A DNA stretch of 64,000 nucleotides from Malacoraja senta (lineage: Eukaryota), in NCBI GenBank assembly GCA_038087875.1, contig CM075991.1:4030001-4094000 (forward strand), given 5' to 3'. The position numbers were made by a program, and so were the translations under genes. Positions 12,060-24,550 of this stretch are shown in pieces. Position 1 is the stretch's first letter. The number at the start of each line of letters is the position of its first letter. The notes under the pieces were generated by a model that saw only the letters and a program-made list of their open reading frames with translations, had not been told where the DNA came from and made no database searches.

Positions 12060-12305
12060 ATAGACACAGAATGCTGGAGTAACTCAGCGGGTCAGGCAGC
12101 ATCTCTGCAGAAACGGAATAGGTGACGTTTCAGGTTGGTACCCTTTCTCAGACTTTTCAGACCCTTCCTCAGTCAATAAGAGGGTCTCGACCCAAAACAT
12201 CGCCTGTTCCTTTTCAGCAGAGATGCTGCCAGACCTGTTGAGTCACTCCAAAATTTTGTGTTTATCTTCAGTGTAAACCAGCATCTGCAGTTCCGTTCCC
12301 TCACA
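12060..12305. mobile_element. palindromic PLE-terminus derivative (two terminal repeats in inverted orientation)
   Basis: agacac.aaatgctggagtaactcagcgggtcaggcagcatctc...cagact followed by its reverse complement; similar units at 12992-13225, 19039-19222, 40870-41100, 50590-50790. Confidence 0.85.
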
Positions 12306-13639
12306 TAGGACAGCACAGCGCAGGAACCGGCCCTGCGGCCCTCAATGTTTGTGCCAAACACAATGGCAAGTTAAACTGATCTGATCTGCCTGTACATGAT
12401 CCATATCCCTCTATTCCTTGCACTTCCATATGCCTTTCTAAAAGCCTCTTAAATGCCACTATCATATCTGCCTCCACCACCACCCCTGGCATTGCGTTCC
12501 AGGCAACCACCACTCTCTGTGTAAAAAACATGTCCCACACATCTCCATTTAACATGCCGCCCTCCCACCATGTAGCTATTCCATCAAGTGTTGGACATTT
12601 CCAATCTGGGAAAAAGATGTCGTAAAGAAACCATGGCATGTAGCCAAAGGCTTCATGTAGCTGAGCCAGTTAGGTATCCGGGACATGTCATATTTATTTC
12701 CCTGTTCCTCCCTTGGTCCCTTTTTACCCCACTCTCACTCACAGCACGGACAGGGAAGAAAGGCGGAGATTCCCAAATTGTGGCATAAACCCAGGAAATG
12801 CTCGAAATGTTCAGCAAGTCAGATCAATGTTTCCCTGTCTAGAACTGGGAGTCAAAGTTAGAGTTTGGCCATTCCGGACAGAGATGGGAAGATATTGCTT
12901 CACCCAGAAATGGGGAATCTGTGGAATAGTCTATCCAAGTGGGCTGTGCTGAATCACGGAGTACGTTCAAGACAATGATGATGGACAAAAAATAGACACA
13001 AATTGCTGGAGTAACTCAGCAGGTCAGGCAACATCTCTGCAGAACATGGATAGGTCGAGGTTTTGGGTCCAGACCCTTCTCAGATGACGTTTCTGGAAAG
13101 GAACCTTCTTATGAAAAAAGGTCTCACTCCAGAACTTCACCTATCCATGTTCTCCAGGGATGCTGCCTGATCCCTGAATTACTCCATCATTTTGTCTTTT
13201 ACCAGCATCTACTCCTTGTATCTACAGATTGATGGATGTTTAGATAATAACGATAATGGTCCTAATGCATTAAGTTGGCGTTGGAATAACAAATGACACC
13301 AAATTATTGAATGGCAATGCAGGCCTGACGGTCTGAATGGCCTATCCTTGCTTCCATTCCTTGTCTTTATAAATTTGTATCGTTAGAATACAAGTCCAGA
13401 TGGGACTCGAAAGAAGTGTAGGTGTTCCGGAACAAAAATCCCCAGTTCATTCCTACTCCCTTTTCTTCTATACGATCGCCAATCTTGAATCTCAATGCAG
13501 TATATTACCCATAGTAGTTTATGCTTTAACTTTGTTTGATAATGTCATGCGTGGCATCATACTAAGACATTTGGAAAGATCCACTGGTTCTCCCTTGTGC
13601 CTCCTGCGGACAACAGTGCCATTGAGCTCAATTTTTATT

Positions 13640-13880
13640 CATTCATTATTTTGGTATCTGGGAAAGGCCAGTATTTACTGCCCATCTCTAATGGCCCGTG
13701 ACGGTGAGCTGCTGCCTTGAATCTCTGCGGTCCTTGTGGTGAGGTGCTCCCATTGTGCGGGGTGGCAGTTCCAGGGTTTAGACCCAGCGTCGGTGAAGAG
13801 TTAGCCTGGCAGTTCTGTGGCAGGCATATTACTTTCCTCTTATTAGTCCACATCTGAATGTTGTCCAGGTCTTGGCTCAG
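13640..13880 (-). mobile_element. old CR1/L2-group LINE 3' end (second copy ~25720-25885)
   Basis: both sites share tttattgccca.ccctaatggcc...gcagtcc.tgtg..g.aggtgctccca..gtgc...gg.agt.cca. Confidence 0.6.
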
Positions 13881-13889
13881 TCAGTCAGA

Positions 13890-14535
13890 GAGTCATAGAG
13901 TCATACATCACGGAAACAGGCCCTTCGACCCTACTTGCCCACGTCGCCCAATATGTCCCAATAGACAATAGACAATAGACATTAGGTGCAGGAGTAGGCC
14001 ATTTGGCCCTTCGAGCCAGCACCGCCATTCAATGTGATCATCCCCAATCAGTACCCCGTTCCTGCCTTCTCCCCATATCACTTGACTCCGCTATTTTTAA
14101 GAGCCCTATCTAGCTCTCTCTTGAAAGCACTCCTGTTTCCACCGCCCTCTGAGGCAGAGAATTCCACAGACTCACCACTCTCTGTGAGAAAAAAGTGTTT
14201 CCTCGTCTCATCTACACTAGTCCCACCCGCCTATCTTTGGCCCATATCCTACTAAACCTATTCTATCGATGTACCTGTCTAAATGTTTCTTAAATGTTGC
14301 TGCATACCTGCCTCAGCTACCTCCTCCGGCAGCTCGCTTCATACACCCGCCACCCTTTGAGTGAAAAGGCTTCGCCTCAGTTTCCCACAAAATCTCTGCC
14401 CCCTCACTTTAATCCTCTGGTTCTTGATTCCAATACTCTGTGCGTTTACCTGATCTATTCCTCTCATGGTTTTGTACATCTCTATAAGATAACCCCGCAT
14501 CCACCTGCGCTACAAGGAATAATGCCCTAGCCTAC
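13890..14535 (-). mobile_element. nested CR1 3' fragments (younger copy ~13960-14208 inside an older copy)
   Basis: (catagagt)n tail, then a (caataga)n tail insertion; host sequence resumes at catctacactagtccc. Confidence 0.8.
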
Positions 14536-16384
14536 TCATGGACTGCTTCACCTTCTGTGGAATTGTGGATGTATTTGAGCACTGTGCCATCAGTGCGGTA
14601 CAATGGCGAGCAGTAGACCTGCTGCCTTACAGTGCCAGAGTCCCAGGTTCACTCCTGACTACGGATGCTGTCCGTACGAGGTTTGCACGTTCTCCCTGTG
14701 ACCTTGTGGATTCCTCCCTCGCTCCAAAGACTGTTCAGGTTTGTAGATTAACTGGCTTTGGTAAAATTGTCAATTGTCAATTGTAATTTGTGGATTGTAA
14801 ATTGTCCTTTGTGTGTAAGATAGTGCTAGTGTATGGGGTGATCACTGGTCGGTGGGCCGAAGAGCCCGTTTCCGAGTTGCATCTAAAGTCTAAAGCTGTG
14901 AAGATGTCCCATTCTGACATTATAACAGAAGAAAGGGCATTATTCATAATTATGCATAGGACATTGCCCCGAGGAACTCCTGCAGTGATTTGTCAAATGT
15001 AATTTACTTTATGTTACACCATTTTAACTCTGCCCAGTACTATTAGAGTCAGAGTGTCTTACAGCACATAAGCCGACCCTTCCACCCACCACATCATCAA
15101 CAACCATCAGATAGATGCCCATTTACTCTAATCCTGTTTCACTTCTGGGCATGTTGCTGCCTTCTAGACTAATGACTGAACTCTCCAACTTCAAGCAGAT
15201 AGAGTATGTTTGACAGCTGGAATTTGAATCCGAGCAAACTCTTTGGGTTTCAAAAGCAAGGGGAAAGTATACAATTAATGGCACGATCCTTATCAACATT
15301 GATGTACAGCGGGATAGATCATAGAATATGGATGCAGTACAGCACACAAACAGGCCCTTCGGCCCACAATGTCTGTGCCGAACATGATGCCAAGACCATC
15401 TCTTATATACCTCTGCCTAATCCATACCCCTCCATTCCCTGCATATCCAGATGCCATTAAATGCCATTGTCGCATCTACCTCAAACACCAACCCTGGCAG
15501 CGTGTTCCAGGCACTCATCATCCTCTTCGTAAAAATGATGCCACGTGCATCGCCTTTAAACTTTGCCCCTCTCACCTTAAAGTTATGTATCTGTAGGGTA
15601 GCATGGTGGTGCACTGCTAGAGCTGCTGCCTTGCAGTGCCAGAGGAATGAGGCCACATTTGGAATATTGCATACAGTTCTGGTCACCCGATTATGGGAAG
15701 GATGTGGAGCCTTTGGAAAGGATGCAGAGGAGGTTTACCAGAACGATGCCTGGATTGCAGGGAGAAGTTGGACAAATTTGGATTGTTTTCTCTGGAACGC
15801 CAGAGGTTGCGGGGAGACCTACCAGAAGTATATAAAATTATAAGAGGCATAGATAAGGTAGGTAGAGCTGCTGCCTTGCAGCGCCAGAGACCTGGATTCG
15901 ATCCTGACTACGGGTGCTGTCTGTATGGAGTTTGTACATTCTCCCTGTGATGCCGTGGGTTTTCTCCAGGTGCTCTGGTTCCTTCCCATACTCCCAACAC
16001 CTACAGGTTTGACGGTTAATTAGCTTCGGTAAAAAATTGTAAAATGTCCCTAGTGTGTAGGATAGTATGGCTGGTCGGCACAGACTCGGTGGGCCTGTTT
16101 CCGCATCTTATCTCTAACGCCCAAAGTCTAAAGATGGCTCATTTGAACTCACCCCATTGGAGGTATTCCTTTTTTTCTACCCATCCCTCCTCCACCTTCT
16201 CTCAAACTGAAATTAACTTGTCTTCTCTTCTTTTCCCAGTTATATCAGGGAAGCCTCATCCATTAAAGCCCTGTGGTATAGGACAGCAGCTTCTAGGGAT
16301 TTATTGCCTTTCAGCCCTATTCATTTCTCCAACGCTGATTTCCCTGTGCTCCTCAGTCACTCCAGACCTGCAGCTTTCCAATAC

Positions 16385-16760
16385 ATCTTATAAGTTCATG
16401 TGATAGGAGCAGAATTGGGCCATTCGGCCCTTCAAGTCTACTCCGCCAGTCAATCATGGCTGATCTATCTTTTCCTCTTAACCCCATTCCCCTGCCTTTT
16501 CTCCAAAACCCCTGATGCCCGTACTAATCAAGAATCTATCTATCTCTGCCTTAAAAATATCCATTGATGGCCTCCACAGCTTTCTGTGACAGATTCACCA
16601 CCATCTGACTAAAGAAATTCCTCCTCATCTCCTTTCTAAAGGATCTTTCTTTTATTCTGAGGCCATGACCTCTGGTCCTAGAGACTCCCACTAGTGGAAA
16701 CATCCTCTCCTTCTGGTAGGTCTCCCCGCAACCTCTGGCGTTCCAGAGAAAACAATCCAA
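16385..16760 (-). mobile_element. CR1 3' fragment
   Basis: MFPLVGVSRTRGHGLRIK..FRKEMRRNFFSQ; CR1 tail. Confidence 0.88.
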
Positions 16761-16809
16761 AGTCTCGCACTACATGTACATTATCTCACTTTTGCATCCA
16801 ATTCCAGCA

Positions 16810-17012
16810 CTCCAGGGACAATTTATAGATGCCAATTAATCTACAAATTCGCACGTCGTTGTGACATGGGAGGAAACCGGAGCACCCGGAGGAAACCCAC
16901 GCGGTCACAGGGAGAACGTCCAAACAACAGACTGCACCCGAGGTCGGGATCGAACCTGGGTCTCTGGCGCTGTGAGACAGCAGCTTTACCAGCTGCGCCA
17001 CTGTGCCACCCT
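16810..17012 (-). mobile_element. V-SINE (HE1-like)
   Basis: tRNA head with A/B boxes and V-domain on the - strand. Confidence 0.85.
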
Positions 17013-17477
17013 CTGGGGTGGGATGTGGGTTCAGTCTTGATATTGAATGGCAATATAACCTCAGGGAGGTTGATACTCATCCCTTTGCTTTCAGTTTGTA
17101 GCACAAAGTTTGTTTCCATCTTGTGTATCGTCACAGCCGGGCTATTATACCTAGCACTGATTCACATGTTATCCCACTTTTTGCTCATGTTTGCTTATGT
17201 TCTTATTGCTGTGGATAGAAGCATAGTGGATTAGGAAACAATGAAATGTCACGGGTTTCCATGCAACTGTGGCTGCCACAATGTTTTTGTTGCATTTTAG
17301 GCTATGTACGTCATTAGACAAGAAAAGAACAGCTACTCTGCGGCTGTTAAAGATGTTTAATTTAAGGATGCCTTTTTGTGAAATTGCACGACATGGAAAA
17401 AGACCATCCAACCTTTAGCTTTTGACCCATAAGCAGTAAGTATGCTGGAGAAAAAATTGTCGATCTACAGCACGGAA

Positions 17478-17760
17478 CCACGGTGGCACAGCGGTAGAGT
17501 TGCTGCCTTACAGCGCCAGAGACCCGGGTTCAATCCTGACTACGGGTGCTTTCTGTATGGAGTTTGTACGTTCGCCCCATGGCTGCATGGGTTTTCCCTG
17601 GGTGCCACCAACACTACATAGACGTACAGGTTTGTAGGTTAATTGCCTTCGGTAAAATTGTAAATTGCCCCAAGTGTGTAGGATGGTGCTAGTATATGGG
17701 AATTGCTGGTCGGCATGGACTCGGTGGGCCAAAGGGCCTGTTTCTGCGCTGTTTCTCTAA
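17478..17760 (+). mobile_element. V-SINE (HE1-like)
   Basis: cacggtggcacagcggtagagttgctgcc...ggttcaatcc, V-domain, CR1-type tail. Confidence 0.9.
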
Positions 17761-18479
17761 TCAGGACATTCTATTAATGAAACCTACTAACTACAAATAG
17801 GCAATGCTGGAAACTCAACAGGTCTGATAGCTCGATACAGAGAGGTTTCAAGTTATCAAATCCTGCCTCACTAATGACCTGGACCCACTTCAATTTGCCT
17901 AGCACCACAATAGATTGGATTTTTTTCTGCTTTCCACTGGAGTTGGATTACTTGGACATGTACGAGAAGATGAAAGTCAGGTTTAATGTGGAAACGTGGA
18001 TGCTGGTTTACAAATGAAGACATACAGTGATGGGGTAGCTCCACGGGTTAAGCAGCACCTCTGGGGAACATGGACAGGTGATATTCGTGGTCCGATTGTG
18101 GAGGAGGAGGTGGGGAAGAAAGCCAGAAGGGAGGAGGGGGGCAGACAAAGCCTGGCAGGTAATAGATGAACACAGGTGAGGACATGATTAGACAAAGGCC
18201 AGGGATGAAAGGACAGGAGGCATGAGACAAAAGGATCAAAGAGTTGCAAATTGTGAAGCCAGAGGTAGGACTGAAGGTAGAAGGAAAGGGGGAAGGGAAA
18301 AATAGGTGTAAGTCCAGGTGCCTACACAGTTGGGGGCTATGGATGAGTGGTGGAATATTGCGTTGGTTGACGGGGACCCACCAGGTCCATGCTTGGTCTG
18401 GTCTTCGATAAAAGAAGCAAAGCGGTGGTTTCTAGTAGGGTAAGGTTTGGGCGACCATGTGGACAGACAGCAAACAAGG

Positions 18480-19003
18480 TTATAAGGTCATAAGTAATAG
18501 GAGCAGAATAAGGCCATTCGGACCATCAAGTCTACTCCACCATTCAATTATAGCTGATCTATCTCTATCTCCTAACCCCGTTCTCCTGCCTTCTCCCCAT
18601 AACCCCTGACACCCATACTAATCAAGGATCTATCTATCACTGCTTTAAAAATATCCATTGAGTTGGACTCCACAGTCTTCTGTGGCAAAGAATTCCACAG
18701 ATTCAACACCCTCTAACTAAAGAGTAGATTTAGCTCTTAGGGCTAATGGAATTGAGGGATATGGGGAAAAGGCAAGAACGGGGTGCTGATCTTGGATAAT
18801 CTGCCATGATCATATTGAATGGTGATGCTGGCTCGAAGGGCCGAATGGCCTACTCCTGCACCTATTTTCTATGTAATTCCTTCTCATCTCCTTCCTAAAG
18901 GAACATCCTTTAATTCTGAGGCTATGACCTCTAGTCCGAGACTCTCCCACAAGTGGAAACATGCTTTCCACATCCACTCTATCCAAGCCTTTCACTATTT
19001 GGT
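18480..19003 (-). mobile_element. CR1 3' fragment with an oppositely oriented CR1 3' end inserted at ~18722-18873
   Basis: minus-strand CR1 breaks at ctctaactaaag and resumes at aattccttctcatc; the insert ends cctattttctatgt. Confidence 0.8.
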
Positions 19004-19975
19004 ACATCATTTCCTGTGGACAACAAGTAACTTAAATATTGTCTAAGAAGGAACTGCAGATGCTGGAAAAATCAAAGGTAGACAAAAATGCTGGAGAAAC
19101 TCAGCAGGTGAGGCAGCATCTATGGACCCGTCTGAAGAAGGGTCTCGACCTGGAACGTCACCTATTCCTTCGCTCCATAGATGCTGCCTCACCTGCTGAG
19201 TTTCTCCAGCATTTTTGTCTATCTTAAATATTGTCAGTCACTTGGAAATGACCATAACTTACAATTGAGCAGGTGGGCGGGAATTTGTGTTTGCCTGAAT
19301 CCAGTCAAGATTACTGGGATCGACACAAATCTGGTCAATGAGTGAATAGGGGGAAGTTAAAGGGGTGAGAACCCAGACAGAAGAATACTGTTGTAAAATC
19401 CAGCGCAGGAATACAGGCCGGGCTGGGCATTTTTTCCACACCCAGAGGGGAAAAACAAAAGGAAAACTTAACGGAAACAAGCAAGCTGAGCCAATTTCAC
19501 AGACGGATGTCTGATACAGACACATAACTCTAACTCTAGATATGATCAAGAGAGTTTAATTGTTATATGCACCGGATATGAATTGGAAGCTGTAGCTCTA
19601 GTGTGTATGCAATGGATGAGCAAGTGGGATAACACAGAACTGGTTTGAAGGAGTAATTAATGGTCAATGCGTACATGGTTGGCCAAAGGAGACACATTAT
19701 TAAAAGTCTGAAAAAGGGTCTCGACCTGAAACGTCGCCCATTCCTGCTCTCCAGAGATGCTGCCAGACCCGCTGAGTTACTCTAGCATTTTGCCTTCTAG
19801 CCTTCGGTGGGCCAAAGGGCCTGCTTCGGTGCTGTATCTTTCAATCGATTTAGAGGGTGAAATACTGCTCCTCATATCTCAATGGGACAGCATTGATCAG
19901 AGTGGGCAGCACACAGCAGTAGTGCTGCCGCCTAGCACCTGAGACCTGTGTTCGATCCTGGCTACAGGTGATGCA

Positions 19976-20219
19976 GTATGTACAATACAATACAATACAA
20001 TACAATACCATTTATTGTCATTTGAACCTCAAATGAAGTTCAAACGAAATTTGGTTTCTGCAGTCATACAAACAAGTAAAAAGAACCAAGACACAACACA
20101 ATTTACACAAACATCCATCACAGCGAATCTCCTCCTCGCTGTGATGGAAGGCAAAGTCTTATCTCTCCCCTGCACTCCCCATTCTCCTCCCGATGTCAAA
20201 GTCAAAGCCCCCGGCGGGC
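19976..20219 (-). mobile_element. 5'-truncated copy of the Rex-tailed non-coding element at 62503-63388, inserted in a V-SINE (19905-20435)
   Basis: shares ccatcacagcg...cgctgtgatgg, gatgtcaaagtcaaagcccccggcggg and the tgacaataaa tail; ends in (tacaa)n. Confidence 0.8.
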
Positions 20220-21023
20220 AAGTACTTTCCCCTTGTGACCAGGTGGGTTTTCTCAGGGTGCTTCAGTTTCCTCCCACACTCCAAAGACGTACAGATTTGT
20301 AGGTTAATTGGCTTTGGTAAACTATTATAAATGATCTCTCGTTTGTAGGATAGTGCTGCTGTACGGGGCGATCACTGGTCGACGCGGACTTGCTGGGCTG
20401 AAGGGCCTGTTTCTCTAAAGTCTAAAAGTCTAAAGATTAAAGTGGGCAACATAAGGAGAACTACAAAGGCACATGGCCGGCAGGCAGCTCAGGAGTATTG
20501 CATTAGACCTGATTAGTTCAGCCTCTCCAATGCAGAGCAAACTGCACTGTGAACAGCAGGTATTGCACACCAGGCTGAAAGAAGTACAAGGGAAGGGCTG
20601 TTTCACCTGGATGGAGCTGTCTGGATGTCCCCAGGCTACATGTCAAGTCACCAGTAGATCAGGCTAAGCTTTGTGGCTCACAGTCTGTTCAAACACCCCA
20701 GACACGCCCAACGTACAGCAAGTGGAGACTTGCACCTCAACAGCCGGCAGGTCTAACGTTACTATGACGTTACATTTACTACCGAGGCTAATAGAGCACC
20801 AGGGAGCCACAGTGCACGTTCCCGCCCTTCACGGGAGGATACGCTCATCCCGCCTCTGGCAAAGCATTGCCAAACCTTCAATTAGTTCAGCTCCCCTGCT
20901 CGTTTCCCACAGAGCCGCAGACATCGCATTGTCTGCACCTTTTTTTCCACGGACGCCGAAGTCTGATCAGAGGGTTCAGATGGTTTGCCTACAGGGAAAG
21001 GAATAGGTTGCAGACTTTGCTGC

Positions 21024-21315
21024 AGCACGGTGGCCCAGCGGTAGAGTTGCTGCCTTCCAATGTCAGAGACCCTGGTTCGATCCTGACTATGGGTGCTGTC
21101 TGTACGGAGTTGGCACGTTCTCTCTGTGACCGCGTGGGTTTTTTCCAGGTGCTCCGGTTTCCTCTCACACTCCAAAGACCTACAGGTTTGTAGATCAATT
21201 GGCCTCTGTAAATTGTCCCGAATGTGCAGGATAGAACTAGTGTATGGGGTGATCGCTGGTGGGTGAAGAATCAGTGGGCTGAAGGCCCTATATCCATTCT
21301 GTATCTCCAAACTTG
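21024..21315 (+). mobile_element. V-SINE (HE1-like)
   Basis: A/B boxes, V-domain and tail; further + copies at 14590-14895, 15860-16132, 22212-22467, 25107-25420, 36195-36502, 49125-49360, 61903-62190. Confidence 0.9.
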
Positions 21316-22914
21316 AAACTGGTCGTTGATCAGATGGTTGTTATCTTCTTTGTTTACGACCCTTGGGATGAAGGGTGATTTGGTTTGTCTCTGGTTCTGT
21401 GTGGTATAAGGTGGCTGATGAGGCCAATGTAGGAACCTCAGTCTCTTCCCCAATTGGGGTGGGGAGGAGGCATCTGATGGGGTGAGTTGGGAGTTTGGGA
21501 GATGATATAGGGCTTCCACTGTTTACACAGGACCCGTTGTGGCTCCAATCCATCAGATCAAGATTCTCAATACCATCCCAACAGTTCCTACTCAACTTTG
21601 AGTTGTCATGGGCCATGGATGGCCAGGAGTTAGTAGATAGACTTAAACTTCTGTACAGAATGATAGGAAGCTGGGGACACAAGAGTTCATAGGTTCATAA
21701 GTCGTAGGAGCAGAATTAGGCCGTTCAGCCATTCAATCGGGATCGATCTATCCCTCTTAACCCCATTCTCCTGCTTTCGTCCCATAACCATTGACACCCT
21801 TACTAATCCCGAATCTGTCAATCTCCGCTTTAAAAATACCCAATGACTTGGCCTCCACAGTCCTCTGTGAGACTGCAGATACTGGAATATTAAGCAAAAG
21901 ACAAGCTGCTGGAGGAACTCAATGGGTCAGGCAGCATCTGCGGAAGGATGACATTTTAGATCAGGACTGAAGTAGTTTGTTTGTTGATAGAAAGCTGGGT
22001 TTGTGTTATAGGGTGGAATCTAATTAAAGGGCTCATACATTTTATAAAGAGAATAATGGATTTCAAAAATGAGTTTTAGACATGGCATCAAATCGGGAAT
22101 ACAGAGGAATTAAATGTGGAACAATAGATCCCCATGAGTGAGTTGCAAGCTGGAATTGAAATGATAGGCACAGATGGTCTATATATTGAGTAATAGAGTA
22201 ATTGAGTAATAGGCTGCACAGTGGCGCAGCGGTAGAGTTGCTGCCTTACACGCCAGAGACCCGGGTTCGATCCTGACTGTGGGTGCTGTCTTTACGGAGT
22301 TTGCAAGTTCGCCCCATGACCTGTGTGGGTTTTCCCTGGCACCTCCGGTTTCCTCCCACACTCTAAAGACGTACAGGTTTGTAGGTTAATTGGCTTGGTG
22401 GTGTGGACTCGGTGGGCCAAAGGGCCTGTTTCTGTGCTGCATCTCTAAACTAAACTAAACTAAACTAGAAATATAATTGATTTACACCTGGAATCTAATT
22501 GAGTTGTTCAAATGGCCTACATATAGAATAATGAATACATTCAAGTGAATTACAGGCTTTGGAAAGTCATGGTTTATAAATCATTTATCTTCTCCAACCA
22601 TATTCCAGGTTACTTGTTCTTGATGCCTGTTTGTATGTTTACATTTGTATCATGCTCTCGTCTATTTTCCAAGATGCCTTTTCTAATTTTACCATTTGCT
22701 TTATACGGTGCTCACATTGCTCTTGCCATTTCATCTTGTAATATCCTTCATACACACATTATACGATTGACTTTAATATCCTCTCATAGATTAATCCAAG
22801 ATAGCAACTTTTGATTAAATCATTCTTAAATCATTTTTAAGGAGGAGATTGACAGATTTTTAATTTGTGCTGGTGTAAGTACAAGGCATGTACAAGTACG
22901 TGCTGGTGTAAGTA

Positions 22915-23503
22915 CAAGTAAAATTGTACAAGGCATTGGTAAGGCCAATTATGGAGTATGGTGTACAATTTTGGTCGCCAAATTATAGGAAAGATGTCAA
23001 CAAAATAGAGAGAGAGTACAGAGGAGATTTACTAGAATGTTGCCTGGGTTTCAGCACCTAAGTTACAGAGAAAGGTTGAACAAGATAGGTCTTTATTCTT
23101 TGGAGCGCAGAAGGTTAAGGGGGGACTTGATAGAGGTCTTTAAAATTATGAGAGGGATAGACAGAGTTGACGTGGATAAGCTTTTTCCATTGAGAGTAGG
23201 GAAGATTCAAACAAGAGGACATGATTTGAGAATTAAGGGACAAAGGTTTAGGGGTAACATGAGGGGGAACTTCTTTACTCAGAGAGTGGTAGCTGTGTGG
23301 AATGAGCTTCCAGTGGAAGTGGTGGAGGCAGGTTCGATTTTATCCTTTTAAAAATAAATTGGATAGGTATATGGACGGGAAAGGAATGGAGGGTTATGGT
23401 CTAAGTGCAGGTAGAAGGGACTAGGTGAGAGTAAGTGTTCGGCACGGACTAGAAGGGCCGAGATGGCCTGTTTCCGTGCTGTAATCGTTATATGGTTATA
23501 TGG
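22915..23503 (+). mobile_element. CR1 3' fragment, same subfamily as 41150-42835
   Basis: MLPGFQHLSYRERLNK...FTQRVVAVWNELPVEVVEAG; (atatggtt)n tail; inserted in an older CR1 tail. Confidence 0.92.
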
Positions 23504-23882
23504 TAAGTGGTTATGGGAAGAAGGCAGAATAATGGGGTTGAGTGGGAAGGATAGATCAGATATGACTGAAAATCAGAATAGACATGATGGGCTGAATGGC
23601 CGTATTCTGCTCCTATAACTTATGAACATATAACTCGTGTGGCCCCGGCATACTATCGTTCTGTACTTATGAATTTATGAACTTAAATCATCTGGATAAT
23701 TGGATGGAATAACATAACTACCACTTTCCTGTCACATGCTACATTTAAATAGCTTCCACTCTCAGTACAGCCATCATTTTACATACAATTAATTTTGATT
23801 TGGCCTGGTTCAATCAGTGATCCATCATAATTATTGTCAATTGCTTTTAAGTTAATTTGGTATCGGTTTCATTTATACAAAA

Positions 23883-24215
23883 TTTAGTTCAGTTTGGGGA
23901 AATAATGCGGAAACAGGTCCTTCAGCCCATTGAGTCCATGCCGACCAGCGATCCCTTTACATTAGCACTATCCTACACACCAAGGACAATTTACAATCTT
24001 TATCGAAGCCAATTAACCTACAAACCTATACTTCTTTGCAATGTGGGAGGAAACTGGAGCAGCCTGGAAAACCCACACGGTCACAGGGAGAACGTAGAAA
24101 CTATGTACAGACAGCATCCGTAGTCAGGATCGAATCCGGGTCTCTGGCGCTGTAAGGCAGCAACTCTACCTACCCTATCTATGCCTCTGCTCTACCGCTG
24201 TGCCACCGTGCCACC
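23883..24215 (-). mobile_element. V-SINE (HE1-like)
   Basis: reverse-strand copy; further - copies at 29815-30106, 37582-37872, 46222-46490, 51513-51816, 51978-52293, 52650-52950, 57432-57740, 60607-60918, 61080-61385. Confidence 0.88.
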
Positions 24216-24329
24216 CGAAATGGAGTCTCCATTTCCCAGTTTTGTTTCATTGCATGGAGACTGGCTTTATGCCATATGCTTTGTCAATTGGGAAATACAA
24301 GGAAATGCGTAGGAAAGAAGAGGATAAGA

Positions 24330-24550
24330 TCTGGGAAACTTTCATGTCCCTCTCAGGATGCTCCAGGGCATTTTATTCAACGTAATCCATGTTGGAAACA
24401 CAGCAGCCAATTTATTCATTGTAAACTTCCACAGACAGCTGGGTGATAACAAAAAGGCAATATATTTTAGTGATCTTAATTGAAGGATAAAAATTGGTCC
24501 AGGGGAAGAATCCAGCGCTGTTCTCCAAGGTAGCACCATGGGATCTTAAT
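24330..24550 (-). mobile_element. ancient Deu-domain SINE relic (SacSINE1/AmnSINE1-like)
   Basis: ggaaacacagcagccaattt...tccacagacagc..gtgataa...ttttagtgat.tt.attga.ggataaa.attgg.ccagg...ccatgggatctt resembles the DeuSINE consensus as I recall it. Confidence 0.65.

Noticed and set aside
11473..12063. ORFs and a + strand acceptor in unique sequence
   Set aside because: No recognisable protein motif or coherent exon structure
13400..13720. 106-aa ORF
   Set aside because: The opposite strand reads as a decayed CR1 RT remnant (KGEPVD region)
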